Assembly: GCF_006345805.1 (NCBI RefSeq)
Contig: NC_042997.1
Coordinates: 111,476,001 to 111,540,000, forward strand
Reading direction: 5' to 3'
Origin: Octopus sinensis
Lineage: Eukaryota
DNA length: 64,000 bases
In this document: one piece after another, positions 11,084 to 24,853 of the stretch
Numbering within the stretch: position 1 is the first letter of the stretch
Layout of the letters: each line of letters begins with the position of its first letter
Made by a program: the position numbers and the translations under genes
The notes under the pieces: model-generated
Seen by the model: only the letters and a program-made list of their open reading frames with translations
Told to the model about the DNA's origin: nothing
The model's database searches: none

Positions 11084-14000
11084 AAGAGTTGAAGTTATGT
11101 TTAATTTCCCTGTAATATAGAGAAATCATCTGCTGCCTTGTCCCTTATATTTGCTGGCCTTAACTACAATGCTCCAGTTTATTTGGGGATTGACCACACT
11201 CGTTTTTAAGGCACCATACTATATTAAAATGTTAGCTTTGTTCAGAGAGTGACACATGTATCTTTACTTAAAGGTATTTCTAGTTATTCCAATGCAAGTT
11301 CTTGTGCTTCCATCCTTGACGGTGAAATTGGCCCTGGAAACTAGTTCGTTTTTCAAGTACATATTGTGATGGGGACAGTTATTAAAGAATCTACAGTTAC
11401 AAGATCTATGTGGGATATTCCTAATGCTATTATCCTCATTGTGATTGAAAATTGCTGAGCCTCGGATGGGGAGGCAACTGTAACTTATTTTAATTGTGTT
11501 CCTATTAAAGATCATTTAATATTTATGTGAGCATGGAAAGTGGGTGTCTTTAAGTTTCAGAAATCATCTTGCTAAGTTTGTAATCATGATCAATCTGTAC
11601 AGATGGTTACACTGCAAAATTTTCCTGTCAGAATCTTGTGGGCGTAAGTAAGTTTGGTTTGATGTAGCATATATTGTTCTTAAAATTGGATCTTTCTAAT
11701 GAGGTGCTGTAATAAGAGAACTACCTTTTTCAAGATTTTTTCATCAAAGGATAGGCCTGAAACACATGCCATTGTAAGGGAAATAACAATTAATGTACTG
11801 ACTTGAGTTACCTCCCCTCATCTGTGTCTGTAATAACTAAAATAACCGTTTTAAAGTCCTGTAAAATCTCTCATTATCTCACAGTGTCTTCCACCAAGAA
11901 GACTGATTCGTAGCATTAAGTGCAACACTAGAAAAATGGCAAAAATCTTCCATAAGACCTTTGGTGGCATTGTTAAACCACAAATAAAAAATGTATTTAT
12001 CCACCAAATACTTTGTTGAGCACTCTTTCTCACTGTACATCCCTATTGTGTGTGTACATATAAACACACACATATAAAATACTCTTACACTGCAAATGTA
12101 TCCAACCCACATACCTACAAATATATACAGACACACAAGTAGACAAAAATACTTATGTATGACCACTTAATCAAATATTCATACACTGTAAACTAACTTT
12201 TGTTTTTCATTTGTGACACAAAATACATCTGGCAGTGTTCCAGGCTATATATAAATGAAACTAGCAATAACTTGAAGAAAATGTATAGCTGGTCTCGGCT
12301 ACAAATCAAATTGTTATTTTGTTTGATAGTTAACAGCTGGGAATCCTAATCTCTAAACATACTTAGAAACTGTGTGGTAAGAAGCTTGGTTTCCAACCAC
12401 ATGGTTCTGGGTTCAATCTCATTGCATGGCACCTGGGGCAAGTATCTTTTATAGCCTTGGGCCTTGTGAGCAGATGTAGTAGATGGAAATTGAAAAAAGC
12501 CCATCATATGTGAATTCAACCATTTGTTAATGATCATTTAATGTTCAAGTTCCGTGCTGGCACCAGAAGGACTGTTGGACAAGATTCAATGGGTCTGAGA
12601 AGTACATTATGTGCCAGTGTCTTCATAGGGGAGAAAGAAACTGTGAAAGCCCTTTGTGTGTGTTGAGTTATGTCCCTTTATGTTAAAACTGTAACTTATT
12701 TTATCAGTCTACCAAACTGCTAAGTACCAGATTACTCAGTACAGGAGTGGGGTGGGGGTGATACAGTTAATTAAAAAACGCTCCAGTATGGTCAGTCCCA
12801 TAATTGAAATTACAGGGGCTTAGTGGTTAAGATGTTGGCCTCACAGTTTCAGGCTGTGGGTTCAATTTCTACATTGGGCTACACATTGTGTCCTCCAGAC
12901 TGCCAGGAACTTACTTGCAACACTCATTGCTTTAATAAAAGGTTTTATTAGATTTTTTTCATTAAAGAGAAAGAAAAGAAAAACAATTATTCCGCGAATC
13001 TCTTTCTGACTGCAATTATTTTGTCTTTAAGAAACGTTTTGCTTTCTAAAAGATTTATTGTATCTCAGCAGGTTATTATATTATGCTGACAATTTCTAAA
13101 AAGAATGACAGAGTGTTATATACTATTACCAATGACTCAGAAGTCAAGAACTCTGGAATTGTGTATTCTAGGGTCAGGAGTGACTGTGTGGTAAGAAACT
13201 TGGTTCCCAACTACATGGTTCTGTGTTCAGTCCCATTGCATGGCACCTGGGGAAAGTATCTTCTGTAGCCTTGGGACTTGTGAGCGGATGTAGTAGATGG
13301 AAACTGAAAGAAGCTCATCATGTGCACGCTCATGTGTTTGACCCCCCACCCCCACTGCTTGACAACTGGTGTTGGTGTGTTTGTTACATAACTTAGCAGA
13401 CTGAGAGAATAAGTACCAGGCTTAAAAAAAAAGAGTCCTGGAGTTCGTTTATTCAACATAAATTCAAGGTGGTACTCCAGCATGGCCACAGTCAAACAAA
13501 GAATAACGCTGTTAGCTTAGGGAATAGAAACCCTGATGTTCCAATCAAGAGTGCAGCACCCCTAATGACTGGGCCCCATGCCAAGCGCTAAGGATGTTGG
13601 CCTTTCTTTTATTGTTGCTGCTAATAACAATAACATCATAACCATTAAATATCTGTATTCCTTGCTGGAATAGGTGAGACAGTTTGACAGGATCTGATGG
13701 GCCCAAGGACTGCATTGTGCACCAATGTCAACTTTAGTGTGGTTCCTACACCTACCACTTTGCAACATAGACTAAGTGCTTTTCTTGTGGCACCAGCATT
13801 AGGGAGGTCACCATGCAGTCTGCAAGACTAAGATCCTCTTTAACTGAGTGGGTAGCTAGAGAGTGGTAGTGGTGGTGGGTTTAAGCTAGATCTGTGGTTC
13901 TGAACCAGGGTCCCTGGGACCCTTCTTGGGGTCCATATTAGATTTTGTTGTTCAAGCTTATGTGAAATAAATTAGTTACACTTCTGCAATACACAAAATA

Positions 14001-14579
14001 TTTTTTTACACAATTCTTAATATTTAATTATAAAAATATAAAAAAAAACTGAATGGCTAAGGGGTCAGTAAAATAAGGTTGAGAACCATTGTGCTTGATG
14101 AGGGGTTTAAGTATGAAAGAAGGGAACAGAACAGGGTTTTTCTGGAGAGGAGTTACATGATTACTCATTTTAGGAGAAAGGGGTCAGGTGATTGAACTGT
14201 AGCTGGGGAGAGGGAAAAATAGTTGGAGTGAGATGTCTGGGTCTACCTTCAAGATATAAAGTGAGTAGAAGTGAGAAGGGTGGTCAGAGGAACCAGGAAT
14301 GTGGGTGAGTGGAGGTTGCCAGAGTGTAGGGGTCGGGAAGACCTTATATGTTCATCAACAGCAAACAAGGTTAGATAAAAGAATATATCCCCCAGAACCC
14401 AAAATAACTTTCAATAAATCTGATAAGTTGGGAGGGTCAGTTTTTTTGTCACTAATAAGGAACACACACTGGTTATATTTCACTTCTGAAAATGAATTTG
14501 TCAACAATTCTATTGATTGATCGTTCAGCTAATCAATCAGCGAGCACAACTATGATAGATTTGGACAAGAAAGGGTGTG

Positions 14580-15464
14580 TGAGGTGGTATCAAGAAAGTT
14601 CCTGGACTAGTTATGTTTAATAAAAAATAATTTATTTACCTAAGTTTTAACATCATCTCCTTCAAACTAGTCACCTTGTGCAGCAATATACCTGTCCCAG
14701 CATTCCTACCACTTTCAGAATCCAGACTGGAAGTTGTTTTCTGTGAGTCAAGGACCTTCTGTGATTTGCACTGGATCTCAACAAAGGTTTTAAAACGATG
14801 AGCTGCAGACTCATCTTGGGGGAAGAGATGAAAGTCTGCAGCTGCTAAGTCTGGTGAATATGCTGGAAATAATGCCATGTTGTTTTTGGCAAGAAACTCT
14901 CAAGTGGAGCTCGGTGACAGGGTGCATTGTTGTCTCAAAGAATCCAGTTCTTCATGCCCCACAGATTTGGGCTCTTTTTCTGAATGCCCTCCCTCAAATG
15001 CTTCAAAACAGTAGGACCCTCGATTGACGGTCTGGCCCTAAGGGCCAAATTCTCCATGTACAATACCACATTTCTAGGAGTGATGCTCGTGGCAGGTCTT
15101 CCAGGTCGCTCATTGTCTTCCAGGTGTGTCCTTCGGCTGTTGAAGCACCTGTGCCACTTGAAGCATTGTGTACGACCCATTGCCTCATCACTGCAAGCTT
15201 ACCAAAGAATGCTGAATGTCTCTGTAGCAGACTGCCAAAGTTTAATGCAAAATTCCTTGTTGGCTTTCTGTTCCTGTCCATGACAAAATCACAGACCACA
15301 ACATCCATTTGATCACAAATCACAAAATGCAATGTGAACACGGCAATGTTGCTCCACACACTGCCTCATGAAGGTCACTGAAAGCTTTCATCATGCGTGC
15401 AGCCGCGTGCTGCCATCTGTTGGTGAGCTACAGAACTAGTCTGGGAACTTCTTGACACCACCTT
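14580..15464 (-). mobile_element. Internally deleted, degenerate mariner (different subfamily)
   Basis: Imperfect TIRs GAGGTGGTATCAAGAAAGTTCCTGGACTAGTT / AACTAGTCTGGGAACTTCTTGACACCACCT. Remnant peptides AYSPDLAAADFHLFP and WHRCFNSRRTHLEDNERPGRPATS. Confidence 0.85.
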
Positions 15465-16927
15465 CTTTCATTGATGAGGTCATGAGTGGTGACGAAAGGA
15501 TTGTGATGAACTGATTGACCACCGAATGGCTAATCAGACAATTAATTAATTGGTTGACTAATGATAATTGCTTCTATTACAGGCACGAGGCCTGAAATTT
15601 GGGGGAGGTGGAGTCCAGTTGGTTACATTAATCCTTTGCAAGGATTTGAACTCAGAATGTGAAGAACCAGACGAAATGCCAGTAAACAGTTTGTTTGAAA
15701 TGCTAAGGATTCTGCCAGCCGGATGGCTTAATGCCATTATTTCCTTCTAATCTTGGCACAAGGCCAGAAATTCAATTATATTGGTCTCTGTTCTTAACTG
15801 ATATTTATTTTATTAACCCCAAAAGAATGAAAGGCAAAGTAGACCTCGGCCGAATTTGAACTTGGAACCTGAAGCTGGATGAAATGCCGCAAAGCATTCT
15901 GCCTGATGTGCTGTCAATTCTACTAAGCTCACTGCCTTAATGATAACAGTAATAATGGTTTCAAATTTTGGCACAGATCCAGCAATTTTGGAAGAGGGAA
16001 TTAGTTGCTTATATTGACCACCCCCTACACACACACACCCATTATTTAACTGGTACTATCAATCCCAATAGGATAAAGGACAAAGTTGACCTTGGTGAAA
16101 TTTGAACTCAGAACGTAAAAATAAACAAAATGCCATTAAGGATTTTGTCTAATGTGCTTATCAGTTCTGCTAGCTCACTGCCTTAATAATAATAATAATA
16201 ATAACAATAATAAAAGAAGTGAAACAGAACCAGTGTGTATGTGTGCTTCTTCTTGGTAAAAAGAAATGACCCTCCCAAGATGCAACAAAATCTGTATCAA
16301 CATATTTCACATCAAGAATTTTGCAAACTAAATACAAAACTTTCTATAAATTCTTCGTTAATAGACTGAAATTAACCAGTCCCAAATTAAAAAACCCAAA
16401 ACGAATGATATTCTTTGTTTTTAATTAACTCATCACAGATTTGCCAAAATATTTAAAATTTCTTTCTTATACATTTTATTTTTTCCCTTTTTCTTCTGCC
16501 AATTTCTTTAGATTTTTTTCATTTTCTTATAAACAAACAGTAAATCCGTCCAAGCACACAACACTAGCCACTATGTGGTCACCTGGCCTGCTTGAAATAG
16601 CAGCCAAACCTCCTCACTATCATGTCTTTGCCGTCCTTTTCCTTAGTTCAAAAAAATAAAGACATATTAGACACAGACGGGATGGCCATGGTTAGAATGC
16701 GTCTGTTATATGAGAACTGACCTGGGCTAAACATAAATCCCATCATCATCACAACCATTATGATCAACATAACATTAACCATTTTGTTACCAAATTTCTG
16801 AAATACAAAGACACTGCCTTTGAATTTTGAAAATAATGACAAACTTAAGTAAAATAATTTAGTTATATTTGGAGACAGTCATTTTGCCAATAAACACACG
16901 TGTGAATATTTGATCGTCGCTTTATTA

Positions 16928-18197
16928 TTAGGTTGTCAAGAAAGTTTTTGCGGTTTTTAACCTTTAAATTCAGATGCACATATTTCAGCTCAAACAAAAC
17001 TTTATTAATCATAATAAACATCGTCCGAATCAACATACTTTTGCCAACGCGAAACAAGTTTATTTATGCCAGTAGTGTAAAAATTCTGGGGTTTGGTGGC
17101 GATGAAGTCATTGAAGGTGTATTTGGCATCGTCTTGGTATTTGAAGCATTTCTCAGGCAGGAAGTTGTCAAGATGCTTGAAAAAGTGGTAGTTGGTAGGC
17201 GAGAGGTCTGGTGAGTATGGCGGATGAGGCAGAGTTTCGTAGCCCCAATGCGTTCAACTTCTGCAGGGTCAGTTGTGCAATGTGCGGCCGAGTGTTGTTG
17301 TGGAGAAGAATTGGTCCTTTTCTATTGACCAATGTTGGCTGTTGTTGTCAGAGTTTCTTATACATTTTATCCATTTGCTGATAGTAATTCTCCGCCATAA
17401 TGGTTTCGCCTGGATCCAAAGAGCTGTGATGGATGAGACTGGCCGCAGACCACCAAACAGTTACCATGACCTTCTTTTGATGCAACTTTGGCTTTGGGAA
17501 GTGCTGTGGAGCTTCGTCGGTGTCCAACCACTGAGCTGAGCATTGCTGGTTGTTGTAAAGAATCCACTTTTCATCACAAGTCATAATCTGGTTGAGAAAT
17601 GGGTCGTTCTTGTTGCGTAAATGAAGGGAAGACGACACTTCAAAACAGCATTTTTTTTGGTTGTCGTTCAATTCGTGGGGCACCCATTTCTCAAGTATTT
17701 GTGTTTTTCCAATCTCTTTCAAGTGGTTGGAAATTGTCGTATAAGTTACGTCTAATACAGAAATAAGCTCTCGAACAGTTGTGCATGGATTGGCTTCGAC
17801 TAAAGCTCTTAGTTGATCATTGTCAACATCCGATGGCCGACCACAACGCTTATCATCTTCAAGACTCTCGTCACCACTACGAAATTTCTTGAACCACCAT
17901 TGTGCTGAACATTCATTAATGGTTCCTGCGCCAAATGCATCGTTGATATTGCAAGTTTTTTCAGCAGCTTTTTGGCCTAGCTTGAACTGGAATAAGAAAA
18001 TTGTGTGTCCATATTGTATTCAATGTTACGGAAAAAATGGCCTAATTATTTAAAAAGAAAAAGAGTAACATGATAAGAGCGAAAAACGGGCTTTAAAATG
18101 ATATATAAAGTCAAAGTAATTTAACGAAAATTAATTTGAATATACATCATTTAAAAGCAAAATTTAAAATTCCGCAAGAACTTTCTTGACAACCTAA
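16928..18197 (-). mobile_element. Full-length (1270 bp) inactive mariner (DD34D, Hsmar1/cecropia-like)
   Basis: About 28-bp TIRs TTAGGTTGTCAAGAAAGTT(T/C)TTGCGG, with TA on both sides. Transposase remnants from ATG 18012 to TAA 17005 include WFKKFRSGD, WVPHEL, TCDEKW, PYSPDLSPTNYHFF and KLVSRWQK. There is an in-frame TGA at 17348 plus frameshifts. Confidence 0.95.
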
Positions 18198-19940
18198 TAT
18201 TATTAGTTTGTCAGGGTTCATTTGTCGTCCATTCTGTGACTTCTTTGATGGCTATCTCTTCTTCTCTGCGTCTCCTCTTCACAGAAAGACAAGCTGGAAT
18301 ACAAGACAGGACAAGACCAGAGCAAGGAGACCTGGAGACGAACAGTCAGTGAAGGGATCACAAAAATGTGTGACGAAAGAACTCTAATAAACTAATAACG
18401 AGTGGGACCCATGGAAATGCTGTGGAATGGTAAAAACCAAGACCTGTTTAAGAAAGAAAGGATGATCTGCATTTCTATAACATAGTTTAGCTTTCTTTAA
18501 ATATTCTTGACGTTCGTCTACATTTATTTCCTCATGTCTCCGTCAGTGTTGTCTTTTTCCTCTTTTTATTTTATCTCCTCACTGTTCCTCTCTGATCTGT
18601 GCATCGTTTCTCGGGCAGCTTGCAATTGTGTTTCTTGTGAATCAGAGTTTAGGTTAAATTAACTCTTGTAAACAAATACTAATTTTTTTAAAGTAAACAA
18701 TAAATTAATTGCACTTATGCACATTTTAAGTGATGGTCACTATACAAAAACAAACCCCCCAGTTTTTCACTATCAACACACCACTCCTGCCATCTGCCTC
18801 CCCCCTGTCCATCTCTACCTCCCTTTCCCTTCAGCTAACTTTTTAACTTACCCCGTGTCACCATGTCGTTGATGCTTCTCTTTCTTCACCGCTACCTGAC
18901 CATGTGATGCATTTGGCTTCAGTGTATTGATATTAATCACCTTTCTCTGCTTTTCCTTCTCTAATGTATCGTGGTACTCCGTTGAGGGTTCCAGTTGATC
19001 CAATCAATAGAACAGCCTGCTCGTGAAATTAACGAGAAAGTAGTTGAGCACTCCACAGACATGTGTACCCTTAATGTAGTTATCAGGGAGATTCTGCATG
19101 ACACAGAATGTGAGAAGGCTGGCCCTTTGAAATACAGGTACAACAGAAACAGGAAGAAAGAGTGAGAGAAAGTTATGGTGATAGAGTACAGCAGTGTTTG
19201 CCACCACCCCATCCTGCTGGACCATGGGGAGCTTTAGCTGTTTTTGCTCAATAAACACAATGCCCAGTCTGGGAATCGACACCGCAATCCTATGACAAGT
19301 CCACTGCCTTAACCACTGGGCCATTACTCCTCCACTCTAATGTATAATGGGCAAACAAACAACCAGATTATTATAAAGATAATAATAAAGTTAAAGTGAA
19401 GATCAAATAAACAGTGTGGGTGTTTAATGGCAAAAAAAGTTACCGTCCCAAAATAATTACACTGTTTCAACACTCGGTGGTTTCACATCAGGAATCTTGT
19501 AACTCAAATATAACGGTTTCGCCCTTATTAATGTGGTTTTTCAAACATAAATTTAAAATGAAATTTTGAAGGAAGATTTTAATTAAGATCATTTTAAAAC
19601 AAAGTTTGTATCGGGACTAAAAGCAGCAGTCTTAGGCAGCTGGTATCAAAATGGTTAAACCCTGCTGGGATGGAGAACAATTTTTTTTTTTTTAAATTGC
19701 TCAGTCAAGAAGAAGGGGCTGCAGTGTCTATGACCTTTTTTAAGGGTCTCTGTAGGGTCATCCAATTCTGGAACAACAGAAGGAAGAAATGCATCCTTAA
19801 ACGAAAGACCTGATCCAAATGCTTGCAACAGAGTAGATTCTGATAAAGGCAGAAGAACAGCAACTCTTAGGTTCTGACCAAGTTCACCTTGGCCAGTGTT
19901 CACTGTGGTCACCATCAAACAGTAAAAGGACAATGCAGAT

Positions 19941-20286
19941 CAGTGGTTCTCAACCATTTATTTCTGGATCCCTTTCATTCTTATTTTACTTAGGGTGGGG
20001 GAAACCCCACCATTTCATGCCTAAAGAAACCTATCATATAGGTTTAGAATTTAATATTACGAATTGTAATTTGTAGAAGTATAAAGTATTTTATTATTCT
20101 TTTTATTTCAGTCATTTGACTGTAGCCATGCTGGAGCACTGCCTTTAGTCGAACGAATTGACCCCAGGACTTATTCTTTGTAAGGTTAGTACTTATTCTA
20201 TTGGCCTCTTTTGTTGAACCGCTAAGTTACGGGGACATAGACACACCATCATCAGTTGTCAAGTGATAGTGGAGGGACAAACACTG

Positions 20287-20347
<61 letters not shown>

Positions 20348-20553
20348 TATATGGCGGGCTTCTTTCAATTTCCATCTACCAAATCCACTCACAAGGTTTT
20401 GGTTGGCCCGAAGCTATAGTAGAAGACACTCGCCCAAGGTGCTGTGCAGTGGGACTGAACCTGGAACCATGTGTTTGGTAAGCAATCTACTTACCACACA
20501 GCCATTCCTACCCACTGCCAAGGGCGATATGGACCCCTGACTGAGAACCACTG
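19941..20553. mobile_element. hAT-type MITE with a SINE A inserted inside
   Basis: Ends CAGTGGTTCTCAAC / GACTGAGAACCACTG. Similar ends occur at ~13892-14090 and ~49009-49715. Confidence 0.6.
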
Positions 20554-21724
20554 GTGGAGAGAGTTGATGTCCCGACTGCACTGACCTCTATTGCTGTGAC
20601 AGGGTGTGCAGTGAAGTCCTTCAGTTTGGCAGAAAACACATGGTGTACCTGAAAATGTAGATCTGAGGGGAGATGGGGGTGTCAGTCATGTCCAGTTATT
20701 GGTCTGGACTGACCTGATGGGACACAACAACAACAACAAAGAAAACAAGAAACAGAAGACAAAAATAAAAAATAGCAACAAATCTCTTTATAATCAAAGA
20801 AATGATATTTAAAAAAAAAAAGGAAAATATTTTAAAAATGTGCGTGTAATGATTAAAAGAAGTTTATACATTTTTATGGCTGTATGAGGTGTTTAATAGG
20901 GGTAGATGTTTAATTAGGGTGGGGAGTAGAGAGGTGTTTAATTGGGGATGATCTGGGGTGGGGACTGAAAGTTGTTTAATAGGGGTAGACGTGTGGGGGA
21001 AGAGGTGGTTAACTGGGGTGGATGTGGGAAGAAAATTGTTTAATTAGGGTGGGAGAAATGTTTAACTATGGGGTGGATATAGAAAGAAAGAGGTGGAGAG
21101 GAGTTAGCTGGGTGGATGTACCCTGGTACACATACAAGAAACACAAGAACTGTTAGAATCTCTACAAATGTTTTAGTCAAAGACAGAAAATATTATTATC
21201 ATTATTATACATGTAAATTTACAAACCAGAGGAGGAAGTGTGTGTGTGTGTGTTACTCCCCCCAGAATCGGTGCTGTCTGAATTGCAGTGTGGATTTAGG
21301 GGGGAAACTTGGAGTGTGGTTGACATAATCTTCACAGCTTCAAGAAAAGTGCCAGCCTTTGGTTAGCCCAAGGCTATAGTAGAAGACACTCGCCCAAGGT
21401 GCCACACAGTGGGACTGAACCCAGAACCATGTGGTTGGTAAGCAAGCTACTTACCACACAGCCACTCCTACCCACCGCCAAGGGCCAGATGGATCCCTGA
21501 CTGAGAACCACCGGTGGAGAGAGTTGATGTCCCGACTGCACTGACCTCTATTGAGTGGCATCTGTTAACCTCTCCAAAACATTTGACACTGTGCAGAGAT
21601 AGCTTTTCTGGAAGGCCCTCTTCAGTTGTGGTCACACAGATAAGTCTCTCAACATCCATTGTGAGCTTGGCAACAAAATGGTGTTGCAAAGACAAGCTGG
21701 TACGATCCTTCCTTATATATATCT

Positions 21725-22020
21725 GTGCTTGGCTCAGTGGTTAAGGTACATGGCTCACAATCGTAAGATTGTGAGTTCAATCCCCAGCGACACATTGTGT
21801 CCTTGAGCAAGACACTTTATTTTACATTCCTCCAGTCCACTCAGTTGGCAAAAATGAGCTGTACCTGTAATTTAAAAGGGGCCAGCCTTGTCACAATCTA
21901 TGTCATGCTGAATTTCCCTCAGAACTACATTAACAGAACGTGTGTCTGTGGAGTGCTCAGCCACTTGTACATTAATTTCACAAACAGGCTGTTTTGTCGA
22001 TCAGATCAACTGGAACCCTG
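21725..22020 (+). mobile_element. tRNA-derived SINE family D (representative; ~6 copies)
   Basis: TGGCTCAGTGGTTAAG..GAGTTCAATCCC (A/B boxes), then GTGTCCTTGAGCAAGACACTT. Recurs at ~19000-19330(-), 47625-47870 and 55845-56170(-). Confidence 0.8.
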
Positions 22021-24741
22021 TCACAGACAGTGTGCCAGTCAGGAATGCTACAGAAGTGTGTGTGTTACCCCCATTGTTCTTTAATAATATTCTTGCATGT
22101 CACCAGGCTTCTCTGCAACAAATATTGAAGACACTAGAAGTGCACTTCAAGTTGGACAACAATCTCTTTAACAATAAGAGACTTCTACGTTTGCTGGTTC
22201 CAAACTCTGTAGGAGTAGGACCTAAAAGCAGAGCTGCAGTATGCAGATAACTGTCCTTGAGGCCCTTACTCAGGGAAACCATCAAAACTGTCTTTGCCAT
22301 GTGTGTGTGGAGGGGAGAGTGCATGGAAGGACAGAAGTGACCTGTCAATAAGGGCCAGTGTCTTGCCCTCTGTCTTACCCCTAAAACCAGTTTGACAGGA
22401 TCCAGTGGGACCAGGGACAGCATCATGCTACAGTGTCTACTTTGACAGGATTTCTACAGCTGGATGCCCTTCTTAATGCCAACCACTTTACAGAGTGTCT
22501 GCTGGGTGCTTTTCATATATATACACACACACACACACACACTCCAGCTGTAATAGAATTTGTGGTCCTAGGATGGGCGTGTTCAGTTGCCAAAGACCTG
22601 GCTATTAAACAAGTATGCATTGACATTGGATTTCAATTGACAACTGAAAGAAACTAGTGTTTTTCAGTGAATGTATGTACGAGTGTGTGTGTGTGTGTGT
22701 AGCCTAATGATTAGGGTGATGCTAGAATATGGGTTCAATTCCTGAACCGAGCAGCAAGTTTTGTTCTTGAGCAAAACACTACTCCAGTCTACTCAGCCAC
22801 AATCTCGATCAGGCGGGAATGTGGGCCTGCTTGCCCAGCCATCAGGGTGGCATCATTCGATGGTTAAAACAATGCAAAGTGCATTGTGACCAGGGATGTA
22901 TAACAACATCCACCAATCTGGTTGATACCACGAATACTGTGTCTACGTAAATGATTAGGAGACATGAATTCTGTATTTGATTTCTTTCGCAAGATGGGAG
23001 GTAGAAGTTTTATTTAAAAGAAACAAGGATAGAAAGCAGCATCGAGTGTCCATGTAGCAGCCACATGTTTATTAAAAACACACAGTTGTTATGAATGTAG
23101 ATAGCTACATTCATCTTGCTGTATTTATACGTCAGTGTTGATGAAATGCCGACAAGGAAGGGCAATGGCATGCGAGGAGTAGAAAGCAAACATAACGAGG
23201 AAGAGGAAGGCGAGGAAGTCGACATTGGGGAGTTGGGCAATTAATATAATATAATCATACCCTCCTCCATTTTGTACCATGATGATGATGATAATCCTTT
23301 GTACTTTCAGGCATGAGGCCTGAAATCTCAGGGGATGGGGTAAGTTGATTACATTTATCCCCAGTATGCAACTGGTACTTATTTCATCGACCCTGAAAGG
23401 ATGAAATTGTAAAGTTGATCTCGGTGGAGTTTGAACTCAGAATGTAAAGACACATGAAATGCCGTTAAGCATTTTGCCAGGCATGCTAACGATTCGAGCA
23501 GCTCACCACCCCAATAATAATAATGTCTAGCTTAGGCATGAGGCCAGCAATATTTGAAGGGAGGGCTTGGTTGATGACATTGATCCTAGGACCAATACTG
23601 GTCTTATATTTTATCAACCCTCAAAAGATGAAAGGTGTCGACTTTGGTAGGATTTGAACTTTAAAACCAAAGCAGACACAAACAAACAAATACTGCAAAG
23701 CAATTTTTTTCAAATACTCATGATTTTGCCAGCTTCACCGCTCCATCAATAATAAATGTTTTCTAATTTTGGCACAAGGGCCAGCGATTTTGAAAAGAAA
23801 GAGGTTAGTTGATTGCATCAATTCCAGAACTCGACTGGTGCTTTATTTTATCGACCCCAGAAAAGATGAAAGGCAAAGTTGATCTTGGGGCAGATTTGAA
23901 CTCAGAGCCGGAAGTAATGCTGCCAACCATTCTGTACGATGTGCTAACGATTCTGCCAGCTCGTTGCCTTAATATTAAAAATAATGGCTTCTATTTGAGA
24001 CACAAGGCCAGCAGCTTTTGAGGGGAAATAATCAGCACCCTCAACCCCCAGTATTTCACTGGTACTTTATTTTATCAACTCTAAGAGGGATGAAAGGCAA
24101 AGGTGACCTTGACAGGATTTGAACTCAGAGCGTTAGTTGTGGGAAGAAGCACTGCAAAGCATTTGTTTTTGATGCTTTAAAACGATTCTGCTAGATCGCC
24201 GCCTTAAGAACAGGAAGAATATGAAATCAGCAAGTGTGGCAGTGAGAATGAGGAGGAAGAAAAATGGTCAATGAAGGAATTTTTGGTGCCAATCAAAAAT
24301 TTAAAAAAGGGGGTGGAAAAAAGGAAAAAAAAAAAGCAGGAAAAAAAATCCATTTCTGTTTTGTTTTGTTTTTTACAAAATTAAAAAAAATGTTGGCAAG
24401 TGAGATGGGTGGGGGTGGAGTGGGGACAAGATTTTGGGGGAGATGAGGGGGCGGGTGTGTGTGAAAAAAATTAATGAGTTTATATTTCTTTTATTTATTT
24501 ATTAATTATTTTTTTTTGCTTTATCTTCCAAGTTGGTTTCCAACACCGAAACACGTAGCAGAGTCATTTGTCTGTCTGTTCGTCCTCATCGTTTTATACT
24601 TTCTGCCAAAAGTATTCCTCGCCCCAATCAGCCGTGTCAGAAGATCAAACTCTGACATTTCGCTTCCATTTAATTATTCCTTTGTCTTTTCCTTCTGGCC
24701 ATTTCCATTACGATTCCCCTACCCCCTCCCATTATTATTAT

Positions 24742-24853
24742 TTATACACACAATGTGTTCGTGTTCTCCTCTGGATCTAACTTCCTTTCTTGTATAGGGT
24801 CTCGACACATCGGACATCGTTCCAACTGAAGTGCACAAGTATCGCAGAATCCT
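24742..24853 (-). CDS. RSPRY1: RSPRY1 terminal coding exon (RING C-half, stop)
   Basis: TTCCAG|AGGATTC...TGTGTATAA. Translates GFCDTCALQLERCPMCRDPIQERKLDPEENTNTLCV*. Completes C-x2-C-x11-C-x-H-x3-C-x2-C-x6-C-x2-C (C3HC4 RING). Confidence 0.95.

Noticed and set aside
11264-12166. Minus-strand ORFs of 83 and 95 aa as exons of a second gene
   Set aside because: No recognisable domain, weak acceptors, and no consistent phase chain.
17180-17200. Domesticated SETMAR-like gene because of the DD34N motif
   Set aside because: Intact TIRs and TA flanks, internal stop and frameshifts, and no SET exons; it is a decayed transposon.
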